From Squalus acanthias (taxonomy: Eukaryota): 64,000 nucleotides of DNA. Both the position numbers and the translations under genes were made by a program. The stretch lies in assembly GCA_030390025.1 (NCBI GenBank), contig JASTWF010000358.1:62001-126000 (forward strand), in the 5' to 3' direction. Below the pieces are notes generated by a model, which did not search any database, had not been told where the DNA came from, and was given only the letters and a program-made list of their open reading frames with translations. Below are positions 35,831-46,700 of the stretch, piece by piece; the stretch's first letter is position 1; each line of letters starts with the position of its first letter.

Positions 35831-38304
35831 GTAGCGAAGGCAATGCCACGATGTGTGGCTGCAATTGATTGTGCCCCAAGACTTGAAAAGAAGACTTTGA
35901 ACTTCAATTTAAGTTAAGCTGGTGTGTAAAACTGAGAAGAACAACAGAAAGTTTGTTTAACAAAAGATTAAGTTTCGGTCTAAGATTTAACCTTGGAGTC
36001 GCGGTTGCTATGGTGAAATCTTCCAAAGCAGTTTGATTTGATTTGCTTAAATGTGAAAAACTATTTTTTCTCCAGTTATATTCAATGTTTTTACAGTATT
36101 TCGGAAAGGCATCTGAAGAAAGGACAATAAGAAATATGATGTCATTTATGGTTTTCTACAAGCATGTACTAGTTTGTTTTGTTTTATCTGTTCTGTTCGT
36201 GTTCAGTTAAAGTGTGAAAACGCAACTGTCTTTTCCGATCAGGAGAGGTTTTTTTTGTAATTTACGTGAAATTACGCAATTGCGTGCGTCTGACAAAGGT
36301 TCCCCCCGCCTTCTTAATAAAAAACCCTGCAAAGTATTAACCCTTTCCACTGATCGCTGTTTAAGTTATAGGAAATGAAATTGAACATTGACAAAACCTG
36401 TCAGTTCAACAGTACTGCTGTTTGGATTTCGGGATAATTTTGAAATGGCAAAATGAACTCAGGCACTATATATTGGGTTACTTTTGGGAAAATAAAAAAT
36501 CCTCTAAAATACTGATAAATAAAAATTGTTAATAACTTGGAACAAGTGAGAATGTTTGATCTATGTTTTCAGTCTTAAATATTGTACTGGACAGTAAAGT
36601 TCCTCCAGGGCTCATGAATGAGATATGAATGGTTATTAATAGGATGTGTAAAATGGAGAAAGGAAGTGATTGAGGGTGAGATAGAAACAGGAGAATTACA
36701 CCACCAATTGAAAATTTTCCAAACTTTCTAGTGAAAGTCAGGAAAGCGCAGCTAAGAATAGTAAATTGAAAGCTTTCACTTGGAGACATTTGTGTCCCTG
36801 CCTATAATGAACTTTTTAAGAAAACTGAATTTGCTAACCTGGCCACTATCAAAGACATCGGGACCATGCAGAGGAAGATGAACAAAGACCTCCAGACAAT
36901 CTTTTGTTAAGATACCTGAAGGCCCGAGAAAGGCACATGTGGCATGATATGGAAATACCGATATGAGTGTGCAAATGTGATTTGTTACATGTGAGGCAGT
37001 TGCCATTCGGGAATGTATGGTGAATCTGCACTGAAGAACGGTTCTCAGACATGCTCAGTTACTTGACAACAGCAAAACATGAGGTGGTTGATGTGGTTCA
37101 GGAGAGCGAGACAACCTTTAAATTATTGACACATACTCCATCGAGAAACTACCTAATTAATGAAACAATCAGAATAGAGTTAAACACACTGGTACCTGTT
37201 AGAGGGATTTAAATTGAAGTTGAAGTAGAGAGTCACATGGAATCTGGTTTGGGACAATTGAGGGCTAAGGAGAAATCATGTTTAGTAAGAATTATCCACA
37301 AGATGGATATGAGTAAAAGAGAGATCTGGAGAATCTTTTAAGTCCATGATTTGTTGACTAGATGTTAAACTGTAATGTCGCTTGAAATGATTGTAAGACT
37401 GAATTTAACTGTGACTGTAATAATTGTGTTTTGTAGGTAACAGAGCGTGGGGAAAACCAGTACGAATCCAGTATGAAGTGATTTTGGTGGTGCCTCCTGT
37501 GTCACCACTACCGCAATTACCATCCTTTATGGGTCTAACAGGACCGGTCCCATCAGCCAACACGTTTTTAAGTATGAGCTACACAATTATGTGGCACAAT
37601 TCGGATACTACATTCCACTGTTGTCTAAGGGTACCAGTGAGCTCATGCTGCGACTGAACTCCTCCCTAAAGCATTTTTATGTTTTGGAGGAAGACAACTC
37701 GAGAATAGATATTGAAATTGACAGCATAGAGGAAAACTCACACTGGTGGGATATTGGGCTTAATATATCAGCACACCCTTAGATTTGTATTATTTCACAC
37801 GCTCTGGTAGTTCTCCAACTTGAAATGATAGTGTATTTGATATATGTAACGTGTGGAGTAAGACTTTGATACATAAGCCAATTGGGTACTCATGCCTATG
37901 ACTAACCAGTACCAACAAATGAATTGAGCACACCGAAAGAGAAGATCCAAAGCAATGTAGAGGAGACCCGAGGCGGGGTAACATCAGAAAACACAGAAGA
38001 AACAGAAGATACCCCAGGCGGGGCAGAATTTGAACACCGGAACAATGAATTGAATTTGTTTAAGGGGTCAGAGGTTGCTCCTTCTCCTCCAAGGAATGGA
38101 CTGTTGGAAGGGAGAAATCTTCAAGACTCCCACCTAACTAACGTCAAAGTTGAGAGAGCAATAAGAACTAGCTAGATTAGTCAAGAGCCGATTGTGAGAA
38201 GTCAATAAGGATATCTCCTTCTCAAAGAAGGGAATTGTAAGTAATAGCTGATAGATTCAAAGATGGGTTTTAATTCTTAGAACAGAGACTGACAACATGC
38301 AGCC

Positions 38305-38775
38305 AGGAACGGATAGCAGATATGCATTTGGGTAGTGCATGATTGCATGACAGCTTGGGGGAGACGAGGATTTGTCACAACAGGAGGAGATCACATTAAA
38401 CATCAACAACGAATAGAAGCCCTTTTGAAAGCCGCAAAGGCTCCCACACGAGCGGCAGTAGTAAAGATAAAAGCCCATCAGAAGATAGAGAACCCTCAAC
38501 AGGAGGGAAACCGAGCAGCAGATCTAGCAGCACAACAAGCATTAAAACAAGAAAGAATTATAGGAAACGTAAGCAGTGCACAGGTGGATGAAATATATAT
38601 TAGGAAATTACACAAAGAGACCCAAGAAGCGGAGCAACAGGAATGGTACCGCACAGGAGGTAGACCAGACAAGGAAGCTATATGGCGGAAAAATGGGAAG
38701 ATGATAGCCCCCGCATGTATCAGGCAGATGCTCTTAGAACTATACCATGGAGACGCCCATACAGGAAGAGGGCCG
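38305..38775 (+). pseudogene. pol: Retroviral RNase H and integrase-start fragment
   Basis: TDSRYAF..VHD..W.RRGF.T..G..IKH..VVKIKAH..GNRAADLAA..LYHGDAHTG. Confidence 0.85.
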
Positions 38776-38789
38776 ATGATTGACCTAAG

Positions 38790-39058
38790 AAGTAAAGAAA
38801 TTAAAACAACCTCCGGCATCCACCCTATGGGGCTGGGCAACTGGATGGTTGGGATCACTCGGGACATCAGTAGTACAAGGATTGATTTTGTTCTTTGTTA
38901 TAATATTAATGATGTATGGTCTGGTCCTATTGTTAAAATGTTGTTGCGCTCAAATGTCACGGCCTGCTGTAAGTGTCATCATGGTTAATCAAGTGACACC
39001 CAGAGAGAGAGAGATGCATGGATATGATCCCTATACAAGAATGTCACAGTCTGACTGA
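38790..39058 (+). pseudogene. Env TM-like membrane anchor fragment
   Basis: Hydrophobic LILFFVIILMMYGLVLLLKCCC segment just upstream of the PPT and 3' LTR. Confidence 0.5.
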
Positions 39059-39248
39059 TGGACTGTGAGCTCCTGGAATGTAAACATATCTACTGACATT
39101 ACCAGAAATCCGTATGTTGCTGGTTCCCTGTCCCAAAGGAATTTTGATCAGGGACCAACAGGAGGAATCCCAGAGATCTATTAATATTAATAAACTGTTT
39201 GCTTGTACCTATCAACACAGACTGGAGTGAAGTATTTTCTCCACAACA

Positions 39249-41237
39249 ATCCTATCAATCCCTGTAATAATTTTGAATGCTTCAATGAGATCCCCTCTCA
39301 TTGTTCTGATTTCAAGAGAATACAGGCCGAATTTACTCAATCTCTTCTCAGACGACAATCCCGTCATCCCAGGAAACAATCTCGAGAACATTTGTTGCAA
39401 TCCCTCTATGGCAAGTATATCCTTCCTTAGGTAAGGTGACCAAAATTGTATACAGTGCTCACGGTATGGTCTCACCAAGGCCCGATATAATTGGATTGAG
39501 GCTTCTTTACTCCTACACTCAAATACTCTTGCAATGAAGGACAGCATACCATTTGCCTTCCTAATGGCTTGCTGCACCTGCTCATTCACTTTCAGTGACT
39601 CATGTACAAGGACACCCAGTTCCCTTTGAGCATCTGCATTTCCCAATCTTTCACCATTTCGGAAATATACTGACTTTCTGTGTTTTCTACAAAAGTGGAT
39701 AACTTCACAGTTATCTACGTTATATTCCATCTGCCATGATCTCCCACACTGACTGAGCCTGTCGAGATTCCCTTGTAGCCTCTTCACAGCCTGTTCACAA
39801 CTGACACTATCACATAGCTTGTTTCAGCAGCAAATTTGGAAATATTACATTTAGTCCCCTCATCCAAATCATTGACATAGATTGTGAATAGCTGGGGCCC
39901 AAGCATCGATCCTTGCGGTACCCCACTCGTCACGGCCTGCCATCCTGAAAAAGGCCCGTTTATCCCTACACTTTGTTTTCTGTCTGTTAACATTTTTCAA
40001 TCCATGCTACAATATTACCCTCAATTCCATGTGCCCTAATTTTGTTCACCAAACGCTTGTGTGGGACCTTATCGAAGGCCTTCTGAATATCCAAATACAC
40101 CATATCTACCGGTTCCACTTTGTCTACTCCAGCAGTTACATCGTCAAAGAAATCGAATAGGTTTGTTAAACAGGATTCCCCTTTCATAAACCCATGTTGA
40201 CTCTGCCCAATCTTACTATTAGATTCTAATTGCTCAGGTATTGCATTGTTTATAATAGATTCCAGCATTTTCCGAACTACTGATAAAAAGCTAACAGGTC
40301 TGTCGTTACCCGCGTTCTCTCTCGCTCCGTTCATAAATAGCGGGGTTACATTTGCTATCCTCCAAACTGTAGAAAGCGTTCCAGACTCTATAGAATGTTG
40401 GAAGACTACAACAAATGTGTACACTATCCCAATGGCCACTTCTTTCAAAAACCCTAGGATGCAGGTCATCCAGTCCTTGGGATTTATCGAGTTTTAGTCC
40501 CATTAATTTGGCTAGTATTTCTTTTTACTCATAATAATTTATTTAAGTTCCTCATTCTCGCCACACCCTTGGATTTCTCGTATTTCTGCGAGGTTTTATG
40601 TGTCTTCCTCCGTGAAGACAGAAACAAAGTTTGTATTTATTTTCTCAGCCATTTCCTCATTCCCCATTTTAAATTCTCCAGTCTCTTACTGTAAAGGACC
40701 TACATTTACCTTCGCAAAGCTTTTGATTTTCACGTACCTATAGAAGCTTTTACAATCCGTTTTTATATTTTTCGCTAGTTTGTGCTCATATTCCATTTTC
40801 CCTTTCTTTATCAATTTCTTGGTCCAACTTTGCTGATTTTTAAAAAGATCCCAATCTTCAGGCTGACCGCTTTTTGTGGCAACTTGATAAGCTTCCTCCT
40901 TTGACTTAATTCTATCTCTAATTTCTTTTGTTAGCCATGTTTGGAAAACTTTTACTTTTGGGTTTTTATGCCCTAGAGGAATATATGTGTGTTGCAAATT
41001 AACATTATTTCCTTGAATGTTAGCCATTGTATGTCCACAGCATACCTTTTAGTGTAGTCTCCCAATCTACCATGGCCAACTTATCCCTCATACCTTTGTA
41101 GTTTCCTTTATTTAGATTGAAGACCTTAGTTTCAGATTGGACTACATCACTCTCAAACTTAATGTAAAATTCGATCGTATTATGGTCCTTGTATCTAAAT
41201 GCCCCTTTACCACAAGATAATTGATTAGCCCTTTCTA
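39249..41237 (-). mobile_element. CR1 copy 4, body (decayed ORF2), TSD ATCA
   Basis: RT motifs in ORFs 39212-40469. ATCA at 33212-33215 and 41238-41241. Confidence 0.9.
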
Positions 41238-41577
41238 ATCAGTGCTGGGACCAGATTTGTTCACAATTTACATTACGATTTAGACTTCGGAATCAAAAAC
41301 TCAATTTCTAAATTTTGCGGATGATAGAACATTGTGGGGATAGTCAACACTGAGAGGGACAGCAACGAATTAGAGGGTGATATTAAACAACTTGCAGAAG
41401 GTGCATATAATTGACTACTGAATTTCAACACAGATAAATGAGAGGTATTACATTTCGGTAGGAAGATTAGGGAGGTCAATTAACACTTCGATATTGCAAG
41501 TCTGGGTGATGGAGTGGTACAAAGGGATCTCACAGTAAAAATACACAAATCACTAAAAGTTGCGACTGAGGTTAGCA
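41238..41577 (+). mobile_element. CR1-clade copy 3, continuation
   Basis: Resumes SVLGP.LFTIYI..ISKFADD exactly where GVPQG broke off at 33215. Confidence 0.85.
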
Positions 41578-42795
41578 ATCCCTCTACCCAATCCCCCAAT
41601 TAGAGGTGCCTTCCCAAATCCTCCATTTACTGGTGCCTTTCCCAATCCCCCATTTACTGGTGCCTTCCCCAATCCTACATTTACTTTGGCCTTCCCCAAT
41701 CAACCAATTACTGGTGCCTTCCCTAATCCCCCATTTACTGGTACCTTCCCCAATTCCACATTTGTTGGTGCCCTTCCCCAATACCTCATTTACTGGAGCC
41801 CTTCCCCAATCCCCCATTTACTGGTGCATTCCCCAATCCCCATTTACTGGTGCCCTTCCCCAATCTCCCATTTACTGGTGCCTTCCCCAATCCCCATTTA
41901 TTGGTGCCTTCCCCAATCACCCATTTACTGGTGCCCTTCCCCAATCACCCATTTACTGTTGCCTTTCCCCAATCCCCATTTACTGGTGCCTTCCCCAATC
42001 ACCCATTTACTGGTGCCTTCCCCAATCCCCCATTTACTGGTGCCTGCCCCAATCCCCATTTACTGGTGCCCTTCCCCAATCTCCCATTTACTGGTGCCCT
42101 TCCCCAATCCCCCATTTATTGGTGCCTTCCCCAATCACCCATTTACTGGTGCCCTTCCCCAATCACCCATTTACTGTTGCCTTTCCCCAATCCCCCATTT
42201 ACTGGTGCCTTCCCCAATCACCCATTTACTGGTGCCTTCCCCAATCCCCCATTTACTGGTGCCTGCCCCAATCCCCCATTTACTGGTGCCCTTCCCCAAT
42301 CACCCATTTACTGGTGCCCTTCCCCAATCACCCATTTACTGGTGCCTTCCCCAATCACCCATTTACTGGTGCCCTTCCCCAATCTCCCATTTACTGATGC
42401 CTTCCCACAATACCCCATTTGCTGGTGCCTCTCAACAATCCCCCATTTACCGGTGCCCTACCCCAATCCCACATTTATTGTTGCCATTCGAGAATCCCCC
42501 ATTTACTGGTGCCTTCCTCATTTCCCCATTTACTGGTGCCTTCCCCAATCCCCCATTGACTGGTGCCTTCCCCAATCCCCCATTTACTGGTGCCTTCCCC
42601 AATCACCTATTTACTGGTCCCTGCCCCAATCCCCCATTGACTGGTGCCTTCCTCAAACCCCCTTTTACTGGTGCCTTCCCCAATCACACATTTACTGGTC
42701 CCTGCCCCAATCCCCCATTGACTGGTGCATTCCCCAATCCCCATTTACTGGTTCCTTCCCAAATTCCCCATTTACTGGTGCCTTCACAAATCCCT
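41578..42795 (+). repeat. 27-bp minisatellite CCCCAATCCCCCATTTACTGGTGCCTT (~45 units)
   Basis: Direct tandem units of 26-28 bp. Confidence 0.95.
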
Positions 42796-42825
42796 TAAAA
42801 GAGAGAGTCTCACCATCAGATACAC

Positions 42826-43508
42826 TTTTCTCTGCCTCTTTCGGTACTCTGCCTCTTTCTGGGACTCTGCCTCTTTCTGGGACTCTGTCTCTCTGGGACT
42901 CTGCCTCTCTCTGGGACTCTGCCTCTCTCTGGGACTCTGCCTCTTCTGGGACTCTGCCTCTCTCTGGGACTCTGCCTCTTTCTGGGACTGCCTCTTTCTG
43001 GTACTCTGCCTCTTTCTGGGACTCTGCCTCTTTCTGGGACTCTGTCTCTCTGGGACTCTGCCTCTTTCTGGGACTCTGCCTCTTTCTGGGACTCTGCCTC
43101 TTTCTGGGACTCTGCCTCTTTCTGGGACTCTGCCTCTTTCTGGGACTCTGCCTCTTTCTGGGACTCTGCCTCTTTCTGGGACTCTGCCTCTTTCTGGGAC
43201 TCTGCCTCTTTCTGGGACTCTGCCTCTTTCTGGGACTCTGCCTCTTTCTGGGTCTCTGCCTCTTTCTGGGACTCTGCCTCTTTCTGGGACTCTGCCTCTT
43301 TCTGGGACTCTGCCTCTTTCTGGGACTCTGCCTCTTTCTGGGACTCTGCCTCTTTCTGGACTCTGCCTCTTTCTGGGACTCTGCCTCTTTCTGGGACTCT
43401 GCCTCTTTCTGGGACTCTGCCTCTTTCTGGGACTCTTCCTCTTTCTGGGACTCTGCTCTTTCTGGGACTCTGCCTCTTTCTGGGACTGCCTCTTTCTGGG
43501 ACTCTGCC
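42826..43508 (-). repeat. 18-bp satellite, inverted arm
   Basis: (CTCTGCCTCTTTCTGGGA)n. Confidence 0.95.
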
Positions 43509-43733
43509 TTTTAAAAAGGGAGTCTCACCATCGCGGACCAATTTTAATGAGAGAGTCTTTCTATTACGGGCCCCTTTTAAAGAGAATCTATTTATCAGGG
43601 ACCCCATTAAAAGAGGAACTTCCTATTAGGGACTCATTTTAAAGAAAGAGTCTCACCATCAGGGAGACTTTTAAAAAGGGAGTGCCTCCATTAGGGTCAC
43701 CTTTTTAAGAGAGAGTCTCACCATCAGGGACCC
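43509..43733 (-). repeat. 33-bp satellite spacer
   Basis: About 7 reverse-orientation units between the two 18-bp arms. Confidence 0.9.
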
Positions 43734-46700
43734 AGAAAGAGGCAGAGTCCCAGAAAGAGGCAGAGTCCCAGAAAGAGGCAGTCCCAGAAAGAGGCAGAGT
43801 CCCAGAAAGAGGCAGAGTCCCAGAAAGAGGCAGAGTCCCAGAAAGAGGCAGAGTCCCAGAAAGAGGCAGAGTCCCAGAAAGAGGCAGAGTCCCAGAAAGA
43901 GGCAGAGTCCCAGAAAGAGGCAGAGTCCCAGAAAGAGGCAGAGTCCCAGAAGAGGCAGAGTCCGAGAAAGAGGCAGAGTCCCAGAAAGAGGCAGAGTCCC
44001 AGAAAGAGGCAGAGTCCCAGAAAGAGGCAGAGTACCAGAAAGAGGCAGTCCCAGAAAGAGGCAGAGTCCCAGATAGAGGCAGAGTCCCAGAGAGAGGCAG
44101 AGTCCCAGAGAGAGGCAGAGTCCCAGAGAGAGGCAGAGTCCCAGAGAGAGGCAGAGTCCCAGAAAGAGGCAGAGTCCCAGAAAGAGGCAGAGTCCCAGAA
44201 AGAGGCAGAGTCCCAGAAAGAGGCAGAGTCCCAGAAGAGGCAGAGTCCCAGAAAGAGGCAGAGTCCCAGAAAGAGGCAGAGTCCCAGAAAGAGGCAGAGT
44301 CCCAGAAAGAGGCAGAGTCCCAGAAAGAGGCAGAGTCCCAGAAAGAGGCAGAGTCCCAGAAAGAGGCAGAGTCCCAGAAAGAGGCAGAGTCCCAGAAAGA
44401 GGCAGAGTCCCAGAAAGAGGCAGAGTCCCAGAAAGAGGCAGAGTCCCAGAAAGAGGCAGAGTCCCAGAAAGAGGCAGAGTCCCAGAAAGAGGCAGAGTCC
44501 CAGAAAGAGGCAGAGTCCCAGAAAGAGGCAGAGTCCCAGAAAGAGGCAGAGTCCCAGAAAGAGGCAGAGTCCCAGAAAGAGGCAGAGTCCCAGAAAGAGG
44601 CAGAGTCCCAGAAAGAGGCAGAGTCCCAGAAAGAGGCAGAGTCCCAGAAAGAGGCAGAGTCCCAGAAAGAGGCAGAGTCCCAGAAAGAGGCAGAGTCCCA
44701 GAAAGAGGCAGAGTCCCAGAAAGAGGCAGAGTCCCAGAAAGAGGCAGAGTCCCAGAAAGAGGCAGAGTCCCAGAAAGAGGCAGAGTCCCAGAAAGAGGCA
44801 GAGTCCCAGAAAGAGGCAGAGTCCCAGAAAGAGGCAGAGTCCCAGAAAGAGGCAGAGTCCCAGAAAGAGGCAGAGTCCCAGAAAGAGGCAGAGTCCCAGA
44901 AAGAGGCAGAGTCCCAGAAAGAGGCAGAGTCCCAGAAAGAGGCAGAGTCCCAGAAAGAGGCAGAGTCCCAGAAAGAGGCAGAGTCCCAGAAAGAGGCAGA
45001 GTCCCAGAAAGAGGCAGAGTCCCAGAAAGAGGCAGAGTCCCAGAAAGAGGCAGAGTCCCAGAAGAGGCAGAGTCCCAGAAAGAGGCAGAGTCCCAGAAAG
45101 AGGCAGAGTCCCAGAAAGAGGCAGAGTCCCAGAAAGAGGCAGAGTCCCAGAAAGAGGCAGAGTCCCAGAAAGAGGCAGAGTCCCAGAAAGAGGCAGAGTC
45201 CCAGAAAGAGGCAGAGTCCCAGAAAGAGGCAGAGTCCCAGAAAGAGGCAGAGTCCCAGAAAGAGGCAGAGTCCCAGAAAGAGGCAGAGTCCCAGAAAGAG
45301 GCAGAGTCCCAGAAAGAGGCAGAGTCCCAGAAAGAGGCAGAGTCCCAGAAAGAGGCAGAGTCCCAGAAAGAGGCAGAGTCCCAGAAAGAGGCAGAGTCCC
45401 AGAAAGAGGCAGAGTCCCAGAAAGAGGCAGAGTCCCAGAAAGAGGCAGAGTCCCAGAAAGAGGCAGAGTCCCAGAAAGAGGCAGAGTCCCAGAAAGAGGC
45501 AGAGTCCCAGAAAGAGGCAGAGTCCCAGAAAGAGGCAGAGTCCCAGAAAGAGGCAGAGTCCCAGAAAGAGGCAGAGTCCCAGAAGAGGCAGAGTCCCAGA
45601 AAGAGGCAGAGTCCCAGAAAGAGGCAGAGTCCCAGAAAGAGGCAGAGTCCCAGAAAGAGGCAGAGTCCCAGAAAGAGGCAGAGTCCCAGAAAGAGGCAGA
45701 GTCCCAGAAAGAGGCAGAGTCCCAGAAAGAGGCAGAGTCCCAGAAAGAGGCAGAGTCCCAGAAAGAGGCAGAGTCCCAGAAAGAGGCAGAGTCCCAGAAA
45801 GAGGCAGAGTCCCAGAAAGAGGCAGAGTCCCAGAAAGAGGCAGAGTCCCAGAAAGAGGCAGAGTCCCAGAAAGAGGCAGAGTCCCAGAAAGAGGCAGAGT
45901 CCCAGAAAGAGGCAGAGTCCCAGAAAGAGGCAGAGTCCCAGAAAGAGGCAGAGTCCCAGAAAGAGGCAGAGTCCCAGAAAGAGGCAGAGTCCCAGAAAGA
46001 GGCAGAGTCCCAGAAAGAGGCAGAGTCCCAGAAAGAGGCAGAGTCCCAGAAAGAGGCAGAGTCCCAGAAAGAGGCAGAGTCCCAGAAAGAGGCAGAGTCC
46101 CAGAAAGAGGCAGAGTCCCAGAAAGAGGCAGAGTCCCAGAAAGAGGCAGAGTCCCAGAAAGAGGCAGAGTCCCAGAAAGAGGCAGAGTCCCAGAAAGAGG
46201 CAGAGTCCCAGAAAGAGGCAGAGTCCCAGAAGAGGCAGAGTCCCAGAAAGAGGCAGAGTCCCAGAAAGAGGCAGAGTCCCAGAAAGAGGCAGAGTCCCAG
46301 AAAGAGGCAGAGTCCCAGAAAGAGGCAGAGTCCCAGAAAGAGGCAGAGTCCCAGAAAGAGGCAGAGTCCCAGAAAGAGGCAGAGTCCCAGAAAGAGGCAG
46401 AGTCCCAGAAAGAGGCAGAGTCCCAGAAAGAGGCAGAGTCCCAGAAAGAGGCAGAGTCCCAGAAAGAGGCAGAGTCCCAGAAAGAGGCAGAGTCCCAGAA
46501 AGAGGCAGAGTCCCAGAAAGAGGCAGAGTCCCAGAAAGAGGCAGAGTCCCAGAAAGAGGCAGAGTCCCAGAAAGAGGCAGAGTCCCAGAAAGAGGCAGAG
46601 TCCCAGAAAGAGGCAGAGTCCCAGAAAGAGGCAGAGTCCCAGAAAGAGGCAGAGTCCCAGAAAGAGGCAGAGTCCCAGAAAGAGGCAGAGTCCCAGAAAG

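Larger units (their letters stand above)
33557..39248 (+). mobile_element. Defective class I (gamma/epsilon-like) ERV, TSD ATCC
   Basis: ATCC at 33553-33556 and 39249-39252. 5' LTR 33557-34025 (TGTAGG...CAACA); 3' LTR remnant 39168-39248. Confidence 0.88.

Noticed and set aside
42779..42788. GCCTTCACA resembling the LTR U3 terminus
   Set aside because: It is a variant of the 27-bp unit, with no adjoining LTR sequence.
41560..43642. Pro-rich GAFPNPPFT ORFs
   Set aside because: These are translations of the 27-bp and 18-bp tandem repeats, open in several frames.
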